Shown: positions 23,101 through 36,834, counted from the first letter of the stretch. The stretch is DNA of 64,000 nt from Enoplolaimus lenunculus (GCA_030248215.1 JASANG010003810.1:248001-312000), one strand, 5' to 3'. Notes: generated from the sequence alone by a model not told the origin. Numbers and translations: made by a program.

Positions 23101-26100
23101 TTTTGGAAAGGGAGTTTCGTTCAATAAACTTTCTAAGGAGGATTCTTGTGTTGCAATCTGGTACTGTGTCTAAAACCCAGGTAAAAATAGGGGATTGACA
23201 CCTGAAAGCCCTCTGACTACGCCATAGTCCGTAATCTACTCGAAATTTGCTGTTTTTTATCAGATTCCTAAATTTCCGTTGTACACGCGGCATGGCGAAT
23301 TTCAAATCACCGTGAACACACTGCCTGACCAAGTGACAATAACTGAGTCGCACCTAGAAGACGCAGCAGTTTTTCATCATTACTTATTCTCAAATTTACT
23401 TCGCCTTGAAAAATACAGCATGCACTTTAATCCTGGCCGTGCTACAAACGCTTCTTTAATTGTGCCGTTGGTCAAAGGTGAGACACATGATTATATGATT
23501 TGTCGCTGTTCAGTATTTTTAACGTGCAATGATGTGCACTATTTAGCATTTCGTAAACGCAGTAAATACAGCGTTACATAGGGTGTAACAAGTCTAACAA
23601 AAGTATATTGTATTAACTGAAATTTTCCTAATATTTCGCTGTTACTTTTGTTTTAAATGACAGGAATACAGGTATAGCAAGAAACACTACCAAAACCCGT
23701 TTAAGAACGTAACTGTAGCAAATTGTTGCAACTAATGCTAAATCAGCGTGATTCAATGTTAGTTTTTCTTTAATTGGAGTATCCGGCTCCGTTATTTTTT
23801 GGTATCCGGTTGAACCCTGGTTCTACATATATGATACTGCATGCGGACATACGGAAAAAATTTAAGGATTCCGTTCGTTTGTTACAGATACCGCTGGCGG
23901 TTTGACCATTGACTGGGTATTCTTAAACGAAATCGTGTCTGTAATTCGACATTTACCCCGTAAACCAACCCTCACTGAACGGCAAAATTACGAATTTGTC
24001 GCGTCTCGTTTCGAAGATGCTATAGTTCTGCCCTGGTATCGAAACGTTGACCAACCGTTGTTCTATTTTGTCGCTGATATTTTGACCGATTACACGCCGA
24101 ACAGCGCGTTTCCAGATGATGAATTTGAAAATTTCAACGAATATTTTATGAAAAAGTATAAATTGGAAATATTTCAACAAAATCAACCGTTGCTCGATGT
24201 GGATTATACCTCGAATCGGTAACTGTTTATTTATTTGTTTGTTTATTTATTTTTTATTGAACTGACATTGAATATATTACAAGAAAATGTGAAATATGAC
24301 GCAGCAAAATGAAGAATAATTCTAAATTAAAAACACATTGAGACAATAATTTGAGGTAATAACAGTTTATAAATTTTTTGGTGACAGCTATAACCACTGA
24401 ACAACGTTATCTGGTGAACTTAAGTTATTGTAGGCCTTGTATTGGAAATTTTTATACTTGGTTGAATTTTGTGTTTGTATTAAGGTGCTTTGGGTGTACT
24501 TTTTTAGATTAGACTCGCGAGAAAAAATGTGATATAGATACGGAAACGCTGGCTGAGAGGGCAAAATTGTGACAAAATTTTTGGAGACATACTGAAAGTG
24601 TGCAAAACAGTGTTTCTCTTCAGATAGAAAACATGTGACAACAACTGATCTTAGGTGCTATACACATTTGAGAATATCAACTAGAACCACAGGTAGACCG
24701 TTGACGTTGATCTTGGTTTAGGCTCAATTTATTGACCCCGCGACATTTGGGACGCCGTGCTCAAATCAATCCATCAAATAATCAGCAAAATAACCAAACC
24801 GGTTCTGAGGAATCAAACAAAGCTACTGTATGCAGCAACAACAACAACAACGATAATAACAATAATAATAATAGCAACAACGACGACGACGAAGATTGCG
24901 ATAACAAGCAACAATTAGAAGTAACTACAGCGAACGCAACTAGCACCACAGCGACTGCGACGGTTACACAAAAGCAAATTTTGATCCCTGAATTGGTTGA
25001 CGTTCATCCAATTCCGGCGTCTTTGTGGAATATGATTACGTGCCTGCCGTCTGCGCTGTATCGGTAAGGGTGGTGCTACACTTTTTGGCTAATTTAATGT
25101 ATGGCAACGCTTGTGAAATGTTTGACTTTCGATGTCGCTTACGATACACTTAAATGGTTTTTCCTGTTTTTGGTCAAAGTTGCGGCTGTTCGTAATGAGT
25201 GAAGACCGAAAAGTTTTTCAAAATACTGGTTTGGCTAATTTTTACTATAAATAAAGCTGTTTCAGAATTAACCAACTGCTGCTTGCCGACGAGCTGCGAA
25301 TTCAAGTCGAAACAGAAGCGTTTGAAAAAATTGGAAATCCAGATACTGGAAGCGCTGAATGGCCACCGCTGAAATTTTCACATTTTCCGCGAAATGGTCT
25401 AGGATTTGAGCAGGACACAGGGTTGGAAAGTGGTGGGCCGGATGACAATGGAAGCGCTGCAGCATTTTCTAGAAGGGGATATTTTGCTTCGCCACCAGTA
25501 AGTTGTTTTTTCCTTTCTGGCTCATTTTTTTAAACTTCATGAAGTCATATTTTAATTAGCGATACACGATGATGGTGCAATTTTACGGGGCTAAAACGCA
25601 TAAGTATTACTGCTTGAGTTCAATTCGTTGTGCTAAAGCGGCAAGCGTAACTGCCAGATTTTACCTGATAACACACATGTGTCATGCGTATAAACCTAGG
25701 CCGTGTTTATAAAATGCAATTTTCAAAATAATTGCTCATCTTGATCGGCTTGCAAGCAATATTGCTGTGAACACTTTGTTGGTGGAGCGTAACCAGGATA
25801 TTGAAAATGGGTGAAAAATTTCTTGCAAATGGTGGATAGCCCATAAACTTGCCCTGCCTACGCCCTTGATTATTAGTGATGCATTTTAATTTAGGTGCCG
25901 CTAACAACCGCATCAACCACAACGCAAGCGCAACCAACATCGAAACAAGAAAGTGATTTTGAAATTGGCGTTTGGGATCCGTGTCTTGCCAATAGTTTGA
26001 CAAATATCGATCAGTTGTTGCCCGATGGTACGTATCTAGCGGGATTGTCGAATGTTGAGCTACTGTCTATGTCAAGTATTGAGTTTAACGGCGTCACCAA

Positions 26101-29100
26101 AGCAACTACGAGTTTGAATGAAGACAAAGAAACACTTGATGGAAATGAGGAAAAACTGATGCAGCCGGGTAAAACGTGGGTTAGTGCTATGGCGAATCGT
26201 GGACCGGTAGCTCAAGGATTAGGAGGCTCTAGGGCTGGTGGTAGGTCTTTGAGTAAAGGGGGAATTGGAGGCACTGTTAGCGGAGAAGATGATGACGACG
26301 ACGAACAGCTATGGAATGTCGAAATGGAACAAGGAGCGTTGTTTTTTGATACAAGTTGGAAGCAAAAGTTTATTGATGCTGGGTTGGCTGGTGTCGCGAT
26401 TGAAAGGTTGGATGGTACCGAGCCTGCTGCGGAGGAAACAGACACTGGGGAGCCTTCCCGGTGTAGAGAGATGGGAGCTAGCACTGGTATACCTGGTCAT
26501 GCTAGCTCTGAGCGGCTAGTAGACGTTGGTGATTCGCCGATGATAAATGGGTTCGTGGGATCAGGAACAGCCTCACCTAGACCGCCACAGCCCACTCCAG
26601 ATACGTTGTTGTTTGCGCCTCGAGCCAATATTGTCCCCACTGGGTGGAGTTTAGACGATACATCGGGCGATGCTGTCTTTGCGTCTGCTTCCACAGCTGC
26701 AAACGGCGGTTTCTCCACTGGCGTTCAGTTTTTGTCCCTTGGTAGCGCAAATGGTTTCGATCCTAATGCCCTGTTACAGGATATTGCGTATGATGAACAG
26801 TCGACAATGCTTGAGACCATGGCAAACCAGCAAAGCTCTGGGAGTAACCCAGGAGGGCGGGCGGCATCGCGTGAAAGACCGTCTCAGCAACGTGTGATTC
26901 AACCAAAGTTGAACGGGTATGTTCCTGTAAGTGTTGCCTCAGGGGTGGTTGACGAACAGTCTGTTATTTATGAAGTAGGTTCTGCTGCGAGTGCGAGCAG
27001 TACTGAGTTGGGAAGCCATCAGGTTGGACAAGCATTTGCAGGGGGTACTGGGACAGGCCCTGCGGCAACATACACAAGTTCGGATGACGCAAGCCATGTA
27101 CGACAAAATTTTCAAGTCAATTTTTCCTACTCTACACGGAGTTCACTGGCAAGTACTGAGCAACCAATTTCTCCCCATGAATTGACATTTGACGACTGTG
27201 ATACACGACCCCCGGATCCTACCATTGACTGGAGTGAGTTTGATGATTTGGCATTGGATGTGACAGCTAACAGCGGGCTAGTAGGGGATATAGGCAAGAC
27301 GGACCAAGAACCCTCAGCTGGTACTAGCCGGGTGTCAAATTTTGCCCTTCTATGTTCAGCTGATGAAGACTTGAATAAGTTGTTAGCTAGCGATATTGAA
27401 AAATCAAATAATGTGGTAGCTAAGTCATTATCGGAACGCGATCAATCTGAATCGAGTAGTTCTAGTAGTACTAGTGGAAGCAGTCGAAATTTGGCAGCGG
27501 AAACTGTGAATGGATCCCGGATTTGTATCCGAAATCGGAGCGATAGTTTTGACGGGCAAAATATGACGTTGTTCGACGGTGTGATAGAGCCTGATTTGAT
27601 ATTTGAGGTAAGCTGGTCAGCTAATGTTTGCTGTGAAAAATAAAAACCAAGTGTCGTTTTGGGCATTTTAAGAAACGAAATTTATAGTTATGGTTTTAAG
27701 TGCCTTGGCTGATGACTGCAAAGAATTTATTGTAAATTCTGCATAATGTTAATCTTATTTTTTGTGATTTGTAGAACAAAACACTAGAATCGTGTGATTA
27801 CGGCCCATCACCTGGTTTAATTCTACAAGCGCTTACTATGTCGAACGCAAATGATGGGTTCAATTTAGAAAGGCTGGAAACTGTGGGTGATTCCTTTCTC
27901 AAATATGCGATCACGGTATTTTTGTTCAAGAAACACTCAGATAAGCACGAAGGCAAATTGTCATTTTTACGCAGCAAACAAGTGTCAAACTATAACCTTT
28001 ATCGATTGGGAAAACGGAAGAATATTGGTAAATTTAGACCGTGGTTTTAGTTTGAACCATTATTCAGTTTAATGTTTTTGTCTTCATTTCGAGACATTAT
28101 GATGCGGGCATCTATTTTGCGTCTTCCGATAGACGTGCTTCGGTTTTTTCTCGTTCCATTTTTATCCACCGGAAAATAAGTTCTAACACAGAAGAGGAAA
28201 ATATTTTATTTTGTTGAAATTTTTTGTGAATCGTGCATGGGAATTACTAATCGTAATTTAGTTGGAATCATGTGTAACTTTCCGGCAACTGGTATTTCTT
28301 TACAATTTCCTCACATTGGGCAACCCCACGAAGACAGGGCGTTGCCCCTTCGGTCTCACTAACCATCAGCGTAGATGAAATCGCAGTATTCAGATGGAAA
28401 ATACCTGAGATATCCTTAATTAAAAAACAGAAAAAATATAAAAAGGTTCATGCAAATAAAAATATTTTAATTTCTTGACTGTGTCGTGTGAGATTTCAGG
28501 TGAGCTGATGGTTGCGGTGAAATTTGAACCAAGCGACAATTGGCTCCCACCCGGATATACACCGGCTGCTGGATTGTCTCGAGCAGAAAATGAAGGCGTA
28601 GACGAAGATGACGAAAGAATGGAACAAGTACTCGAAGGAGAAGTCGATCATGATAAGTTTTGTGAAGGTAAGTTCTACTACACTTATTCGTTTTCTAGTT
28701 GAAAATGAACGACTGTTTGAAAGTAATGGTAAGTGGAGCAAAATGATATCGCAAAGTTGTGAAAATTCATGCCGAAACTAGTGAAAATATATAATATCTT
28801 GATCTATCGGAAATAGAACGAGAATAGACTGTTGTCTTTTCGTTTTAATGACCTTTGTACAGACCAGGGCGGTACGTATTTTGCACTGATTTTTTTGCTC
28901 AGGTTAAGCGTCAATTTTGGTGCCTAAGTTGTCAATATATGGGTAACACTGTCTGCAAAAAGTGTAATCACTGATACTGGCATATTCGTATTATTAGTTT
29001 TTCAGAAATGTGTGACGTTCAAGATCCAAAAAGTTGGTACGCGGAAAGTGATTTTGGACCGAGTGTTCCGTACAATTTACTCATTCAACATTCGGTTCCG

Positions 29101-32100
29101 GATAAAAGTATCGCAGATGCCGTAGAAGCTCTGATTGGAGTCTATCTGTTGACGTACGGGCCGCACGGAGCTTTGCTGTTCATGAAGTGGCTTGGTCTGA
29201 AAGTGTTACCGTCGGTAAAAAGTTTAAATTTTGCGACAATTTGATTTGTAGCTTACTAGAATTTTTAGGTGATTGGTTTCAGTGAAATGTTCACGAATAA
29301 GAGAGCCGGGATAGGTGAAATAGGTGGTTCGTATTTTTGCTCTGGTGTCCTTAGATTGCTGGAGACAAGATAAGATCAGAATTTTGTTCAGACCATGCAC
29401 CAAATTTTGTAATAAAGATTAAAAGTGGCAGCTTTTTGTTACTGCGACATGAGTGAATGAATGTAATAATCAATTCTTACCCATCTCTTTTTTAATGTTT
29501 GCTGCACCTTTCTCCGTAACAAAACAATTTAGTATTTTACAGTGCTTTTAAGCAATATATGTGAATATATGTATATGTATATATGGCGGAGGTTCGGAAT
29601 ATAGACTCCCTAGGAATTAAAAGTATGTATTGTATTGTTGAGCGAAGCGAAACTCCGAGCAAAGCTCGGAGTTTCGCGAAGCGTTTTATGTTTTGTACTT
29701 GGGGGTCGAAAGGTGGATGTCCGTCTGTCCGTCCGAAAAGAATCTTATTAGCTTAATTGACAAGACAAAACTAGGACTTTTTAAATTATTTCAATAATTA
29801 TTAGGGTTTACTGGAGGTTTTTGGGTGCGAGGAATCTGAATAAATTGTTTACAAACCTCCAAAACCGATAATCGAATAGTTAGCTAATAGCTAATTTGCA
29901 TATTAGCTTAATTGACAAGACAAAATTAGGACTTTTTAAATTATTTCAAAAATTATTAGGGTGGCTGTAGTGTGTTCGAGCTTCGCTCAATAAATGTCGT
30001 GCCACTACGACTGGTTTTGACGTGCTGAGTTCAGTTCATAAGTAGCTAACGGCGCATTTGTTTGAGTTTGTAAATTTTGTAGAATCAAAAGCGATTCATC
30101 AAATTGGACACTTAGGATAGGGGTAAGTGAGCTGCAACATGCCACCGCATAACCATTTCTCCAGAATTTTTTAAATCGCGGCGCTGTACGACGCGTTACG
30201 GCGTCGCCCGAATTGCTACAAACTTATTCAGCTTTGTTATCTTTCTATTGTTTCAGGATGAAGATTTACCATTTGAAGCGCGGCCACCACTACTGGAATT
30301 TGTGCGCGAACCGACGACAGCGTTGCACGCCTTGTGGAAGCAACACAATTTCAGCGATGTTGAAAGAACCCTACACTATTCGTTTCGAGATAAAGCTTAT
30401 TTGGTTCAGGCTTTCACGCACGCTTCCTATCATTATAACCGGGTTACAGACTGTTACCAAGTAAGCGAGCGAAGTTTGCAGCTAGAGTTTTGCTGTGTGT
30501 TCGTCAGGGGTTTATTAGAATTATTGCTTTTCACTGCTGAATTCATGACTAAACGAAATTCCTACTCATGTTCCGGACTTTAAGGACGCAGTCAGAAAAG
30601 TTTGTTGTGTCGATTAAAAATCAAAAAGGTTTATATGTAGTAGTAGTAGTAAGCTTAAGGTTTAGGCTATTTTTTGCTTGGCTTAGGCTTAGGCTTAGGA
30701 ATATGCTCATTTACGATTAGACTTAGGCTTAGGAATATGCTTATAATACTGTTCCGCTCCTGTTCTTTACATTGGCCCGGATGGAATTAAATTTCTTGTT
30801 GGAAGCTGAGCTGTTTCAGTTTTGTTTCAGAGACTTGAGTTTCTGGGTGACGCAGTGCTGGATTATTTGATTACAAGGCATTTGTATCAAGACGAGCGAC
30901 AGCATTCCCCTGGTGTTTTGACTGATTTACGCTCTGCTTTGGTCAACAATACGATATTCGCTTCGCTTGGAGTGAAATATAAGTTTCATAAAGTGAGAAT
31001 GATTATAGATTTTGACGGCAGAATACTGATCGGTAGTTTAGAGTGGTGTTATAAGATTGTAGAACAATGACGGTCGGATACGTTAGCTCAAAATTGTAGT
31101 ACCTTCACGTAAAGCGTAAAGAGTTAGGTGGTGTAATAAGAGATGCAAAGGCATGTAAACGTTTTTATTGCGTATCGTTTTTAAGAATATCACTTCATAC
31201 TTAAATTTTTGGTTAACTGAAGCACTTTGCATAGGTCAATAGTGTCTTAGTGAACAAAATTAATCGTATATTTCTATGTCTCTTCCTTTTGTGTTTTAGT
31301 ACTTCCTGGCGATTTGTCCTGGCTTGTATACTGTGATTGAAAAGTTTGTTCGTTTGCAATCAGAACGTCAAGATGATCTCAATTTTGATGAAGAGGTTAG
31401 TGATATGTAAATTATGGGGCTCGAGACAGAGGACACGTTTGCCCTGTTTTGTTTCGTAATTTAAATTTGGTACTAGGCGCTTTGGGTGACCCGGCTTTTG
31501 AGGCCGGGTATGGCCGCCATTTGAGGCCGGGTAGGGTGGTTGATTTAAAGACACATTATACTTTGCTCGCAGCATAAAAATTTAAAAATAATTTTCGAAA
31601 AATGATAAAATATTTTCCTCACCAAAGGTCAAAAATTATTTTTCCAAACAAATTTTCAAAATGCTTAGAAAAAGTAGTCTTGATATCACTAACATGATAC
31701 ATCTTGATATCACGAACAGGATACATCTTGATATCACTAACAGGATACATCTGTCATATTTTTATCCGAAACGTAACTAAGTAAGAACTAGATGTCTTCA
31801 CTGGTAAAGTTCCATTTGGTGTGTTTTAGCTATATTTACTGGACACGGAAGGGGACGTTGAGGATGGTGAAGATATTGAAGTACCAAAGGCGATCGGTGA
31901 TATTTTTGAGTCCGTTGCGGGAGCGATATTTTTGGATTCTGGCGAGTCGTTGGATGCCGTATGGAGGGTGTATTTCAATTTGATGAAAGAACAAATTGGT
32001 AAGAAACGGCAGGTTGGAGTTGGTTATGATTTGCAGTGGTTTTGTTGGAAATTGAATTTGAGTAATTAAAAATTATACATTTGCATTGAGATAATTGCGG

Positions 32101-33235
32101 AATATGAAATATTTATTGTTTGTTTATTTTTAATTAATTATCAAGAAACCGGGCATTTGTAATTGTAACATTGTTTGTCTTCAGAAAAATGTTGTAAAAT
32201 TCCACCAAGGAATATTAAATATTTATTGTTTATTTTTAATTAATTATCAAGAAACCGGGCATTTGTAATTGTAACATTGTTTGTCTTCAGAAGAACGCTG
32301 TAAAAATCCACCAAGAAATATTAAATATTTTATTGTTTATTTTTAATTAATTATCAAGGAACCGGGCATTTGTAATTGTAACATTGTTTGTCTTCAGAAA
32401 AATGTTGTAAAATTCCACCAAGGAATATTAAATATTTATTGTTTATTTTTAATTAATTATCAAGAAACCGGGCATTTGTAATTGTAACATTGTTTGTCTT
32501 CAGAAAAACGCTGTAAAAATCCACCAAGGAATATTAAATATTTATTGTTCATTTTTAATTCATTATCAAGAAACCGGGCATTTGTAATTGTAACATTGTT
32601 TGTCTTCAGAAAAATGTTGTAAAAATCCACCAAAGTCACCGATACGAGAGTTGTTGGAAATGGAGCCAGAAACTGCCAAATTTTCGTAAGTTTTAACAAA
32701 AAACAATGTTTCTGCATTTTAACATAGTATTTTATAAATTATACCTTTACCTTATCCTAAATAGCTTGCTTGCGTTCTAGTGTTGTCTGGAAAGATGATA
32801 GCTCAATAACACTGTTAATAGGAAATCTTGATGAATGACAACTTTCATAGTGACCAGAGTTTTAGGTAGTGTCCCATATCCAAGTGTTCCAAATATTGTT
32901 AGTTGCAACTCAAAACTACTCTAAATAATTTTAAAGCAGAATTTGAAAATTTTACTAACTTTTTAAGCGTATGCAGCGTAATTTTGGCTTTGATGCTTTG
33001 AAATTTTAGGAAGGGTGAAAGGCTGGCTACAGAAGGCAAAGTTCGAGTCACCGTGGACGTTGCTGATAAAGGCCGTTTTACTGGACTTGGCCGGAACTAT
33101 CGAATAGCAAAGTGTACCGCAGCCAAACGGGCACTGAAATATTTGAAGTCTTTGGAGAGACAGCGGCGTCAACAACAACAGCGAGAGCAGTTGGCACGCG
33201 AGCAACGCGATTTAGATCAAGTTTCGGTTGATTGA
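11125..33235 (+). CDS. dcr-1: Dicer-1 endoribonuclease (helicase, DUF283, platform, PAZ, RNase IIIa, RNase IIIb, dsRBD), about 2250 aa
   Basis: 30 exons summing to 6753 nt, in frame: 11125-11181, 11818-11980, 13419-13510, 13674-13869, 14714-14952, 16263-16454, 16779-16892, 17612-17815, 18294-18437, 19187-19328, 19685-19785, 20113-20279, 21258-21396, 21706-21781, 22214-22362, 22729-22911, 23264-23477, 23888-24218, 24722-25063, 25266-25497, 25895-27607, 27775-28027, 28500-28667, 29006-29214, 30257-30460, 30831-30992, 31300-31395, 31830-31998, 32610-32685, 33010-33235. Motifs: [124 protein letters not shown]. The exon 6 start could alternatively be 16251. Confidence 0.97.
11353..11798 (+). mobile_element. 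Second, older tRNA-bearing TRIM, in Dicer intron 1
   Basis: 5' LTR 11353-11516 (TG...CA), 107-bp internal region starting with PBS TGGGGACTGCG and ending GAAAATTGGGGCA, 3' LTR 11624-11798 (TG...TA). TSD CGTAA/CGTGA (4 of 5). Confidence 0.85.
11387..11459 (+). pseudogene. tRNA-Val-like cassette (anticodon GAC) in LTR
   Basis: A box TGGCTCAGTGG, perfect anticodon arm TCTGC-CTGACAC-GCAGA, B box GTTCGAAAC, followed by GCTTTT. T stem is degenerate. Confidence 0.7.
12372..12756 (-). mobile_element. MITE, CAGGGTGCAACCGGAATT TIR family, Dicer intron 2
   Basis: About 385 bp, terminal inverted repeats, (ACCGGA)n subterminal motifs, TA-rich flanks. Highly similar to four copies in arrestin intron 7. 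Confidence 0.85.
15155..16107 (+). mobile_element. Helentron/DINE-1-like element, same family, Dicer intron 5
   Basis: Same termini, tandem units, GGAC microsatellite and 14-bp hairpin as 2687-3917. Confidence 0.72.
17171..17444. mobile_element. Degenerate MITE, Dicer intron 7
   Basis: Inverted termini GACAAGAGTGTGCAACT...AGTTGCACACTCTTGTC. Confidence 0.6.
18078..18235 (+). mobile_element. Degenerate tRNA-derived repeat; related fragment at about 1893-1975 (- strand)
   Basis: A-box-like TAGCTAAGTAG, shared block ATCGGTAATCCGT, decayed B box. Confidence 0.4.
20733..20869. repeat. Two-copy tandem duplication of about 60 bp
   Basis: CAGTAGCTyTCCGTCGTGCTTArGATCCCTTTAAGTTGCGrTAGGTTCA occurs twice. 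Confidence 0.8.
29637..30015 (-). mobile_element. Internally deleted Helentron/DINE-1-like element, Dicer intron 24
   Basis: Reverse complement of both ends of the 15155 element, with about two central units retained. Confidence 0.7.
32099..32633 (+). repeat. 106-107 bp tandem repeat, 5 copies, spanning the Dicer intron 28/exon 29 junction
   Basis: TTGTTTGTCTTCAG ends at 32184, 32290, 32397, 32503 and 32609, each followed by about 24 nt of exon-29-like sequence. Confidence 0.95.
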
Positions 33236-35027
33236 CAACAAGAAGTGACCAGATATCCGGTTCCGGTTTAATATCCGACAAACATAATATGTCCGGCTCT
33301 ATTTTTATATCGGGGATTTTCATTGCGATTTAATTTGTTTGTTTGTATGCTTGTTACTTTTGTTTGTATCAAAATTAAAACATGTAAATAAATACTGAAA
33401 TGCTGCCCAAATTACGTATGTGGGGTAGTTTAGCTATTGATATTTTGGTTAAGCCATATCTATAATTCGAATTATCTGTAGTTATAAGGTTTTTCATATA
33501 TGAGAACTGATGGAAGGTGTTAAGCACTCCTGAACCATACGAGTTTGACGAACGCGCCCGAGGTGTTTTACATCTGTGAACATTTTGTACTGCACAGTGC
33601 ACATACGCATGATTGTTAAACATACTGTGAATTGTATATATATTAATAATTCGCGAACGCAGTTTGCGCTAAGTTGCTCACAGTATACTGTATCCGAAGA
33701 TAAGGGCTTATACTTTCGTTTAGGTTTTACATTGTGCAGGCACCATTTTTGTCTTCGGCGTTACCTAAAATGCAAACTAACGCTTCGTGCTGTATTCAGG
33801 ACCATTCATTTTATGCGCAGTTTACTTCGCTTTTCAACGCAGTGTGGAAGCTAATTCTGGCCATGGACGCTTGCGTAATGATTATGCCCCGCCAAACACA
33901 ATGTTGTATGATCTCATACTCTGTGTAGTTTTAATTTGCGTTTCGGCGGTTATTAATGCTTTATTATGTGTGTTGCTCGCTGTTATTGATGAGCAGAGTA
34001 TTGAATAAACTAGCCATGTATTTAGAGCATTGTGGTGCGTATAAAACTTATTGAGACTTATTGAGAAATTCAGCAAACTACTGAACTGCAACGGCATTCT
34101 CGAAACCGAAAGTACCCGTCTGTCTGAGCTGGAGAAAAATGGTATGTCCAACCATAAACAGGCTGTTCCCGAAAAAATTTTGAACATTCAGATTCTGATA
34201 ACTCGTCGTTGCTGCTGCTTGTGATTCCATTGGTGCATTTTGGACCATGAATTATTTAACTTCAATATCACTGGATGCTCATTGCTTACTTACTACAAAG
34301 ACACATATATTTAATATAGACTGCGTCACATAGACAGTTCAATTATATACACGGCATAGCATATCATCGGCCATTTTTCACACCGAATGAACGTACAAAA
34401 GAATCTTGACGCAAACATACACTGAACCATCATACAAAACACCACTGTCAGCATCTCTTCACAGTTCTTGTACACTGTACCCCAGGAGTTTGAGAAACGT
34501 TAGCATAACTAAGCTTACGTTTCCGCATCGCATAAGCCATAAGGACCGGTCTTCGATCCTCCGTGTATCCAAAAATATTTCCAGCAAAAAATATTGCTCA
34601 ACTTTAAGAAGCCTAAGCGCATATGTGAGAGGAAAGTACATATACAAAAGCCGGTTGCTATTGTCTAGCGTTCTATACACTTCCAATCGCGACACCATGC
34701 CACCAAATTTGCGTAACCTAACGCTATTACAGCCATGTGCAACAAACGTAACAGTATACACAGAAAACACACTCAATATATTAAACAATCGTATATATAT
34801 CCAAAACATATATGTCATGGCAAATACATGTGTTAATTATCCGACGCGACTATAAAAAAATTTTAGGCCCGTAAAACTAAAAAATAAAACGCTGATAAAA
34901 AATTGCGACTGCAATCATCGCTAGGCTCACGTTATAACCGAGACAATTATAGCGTTATGTTACGCTCATAGTATAATAAGTACACTACTGGATAACATTT
35001 TGCACGCTTATAAATCCACACTAAAGT

Positions 35028-35207
35028 GGGCCCATGTATAGAACACGGTCGTATCGTTTTCAAGAGGGGCTTATAATAGAGTCAGTTTAAGCTTTAGACT
35101 ATTTTTTGCTTAGGCTTAGGCTTCGGCTTAAGAATAGGCTCATCTATACGCTTAGGCTTAGGATTATGCTTATACTATTATTCTGGCCCTGTTCTATACA
35201 TGGGCCC
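35028..35207 (+). mobile_element. MITE carrying TTAGGC telomere-like repeats
   Basis: Perfect 18-bp TIR GGGCCCATGTATAGAACA with internal TTAGGC runs. Degenerate relatives near 9635-9828, 30645-30778, 40420-40571, 59065-59228 and 62500-62600. Confidence 0.8.
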
Positions 35208-36834
35208 GAAAGTGACCTCAACGAAAAAAATTTTCTTGTTACAACAAGCGTAAGACTCAGCGTAACTATAAATGTATAACTAAGTTTAGGCCTGACCCTA
35301 AGTAAAAAAGTTATATTACTCTATTGGAGTCCCGCAGAAAAGCCCTAACCAAGATGAAACGTATATTCCAAAATGATTGTCACAAACAAACACAACTGAA
35401 AGATATTTGAAAACACAACAACAATATATAAAACAGCAACATTGTGGTATAGATAGACATGTTTGTATCAAACCTAACAACCTGATTATATACATATATA
35501 TGATGTATATTATGTAGCAAATAAACTATTATATATAATTATTTACATAATTCATCAAAACGATTTATAAGTATACACAATCAAACGTTTACAACTATAA
35601 ATCCCAAGGAACCGTATAGTATATTCTCAGCTGTGTCTAACCTTTATCACGAGTCAGAGCTTATTTTTCAAAACGAACTGTGACAACTGCCTTATATACG
35701 CATTTTTTGCTTACAAGTATGAGCAAACGAAGCCGAAAAAATATTATAACTTTCCAAAGCACACCGACGTAATTTGACAAGGAGTCAATGACAACACAAA
35801 ACAGACTTCTAAATAACATTTCATTTTGAATTTTAGTCAATTAGCAGCAATGCATTGATGCAATATCTATATACAATTCCTGTTTCAGTTCCTGTTCCTG
35901 TTCTGGCGCGAAAGTGAATTCCTGTATTCCGGTTTTCGCTTCCTGTGAAGAGTAATTCCTGTTGAAACCCTGGCTGTAATAATGCTAAATGCAACGTGAG
36001 ACAAATTTTTTTACCATAGCAATATAAAAACATCAGAGTGCGACTGGATATCCGGATCCTGTTAAATATCCGTCAAAAACTGATATGCGTACTTGGTTCC
36101 GGTATAAAACTACAGGATGTTTAAGGTGGTGATCCCGCATTTTAAAAATGGTTTTTTACAAGGAAGCGTATTTAACATCATGCTGCGATGGCATTTCTGA
36201 GCATTTCAATAACATCCAGTTTTAATACGCTTCAATAAAAATGAAAAATTCGAGCGAATAATTTATTAAATCGAAATCACTAAACATATACTTTGTATTG
36301 TTCCACTTAAATACTCTAACCAGTGATTTCATTCCGATGCTATATCCAGCTCCAGTTACGGTAAAAATTCACTATCCAGATCAGGTTGCGGTATCCGGTA
36401 AGTTAACATCCGGTCATACCCTGAAAACCGCGTATCGAAAATAAATCATCCGATTGATAACAAAAACAGATTCATAACCAAATTAACTTCAAATATCCGT
36501 TAGATGCATTATTCTGAACACATACATACTTGTTATATGGCAACTTGACCGTTCAAAAGCGAAACGTATCCAGCATTTCATTTCCAAAAACGATAACTTC
36601 GGCTAAGTGTTTGCGTTTTAAGCAAAACATCAAAAAACGATGATTTAAAAACATCACATCTTTTTACAACAGAATCACCAATATTAATTTTATGGAATTT
36701 TGCACATTCATCAAAATTTGTTACAATTTTGCAAACATCGTTTATCCTTAAACCCTCTCCATGTGCAATAATTTGTCCAAAATGTGGATTAAATATTCAC
36801 ATGTTAAACATCCCAACGTTGCGCATGGTTTTTA

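Noticed and set aside
33787..34225. Hydrophobic small ORF and a frame ending RRCCCL downstream of Dicer
   Set aside because: T-rich 3' region, no usable in-frame splice acceptor or recognisable homology.
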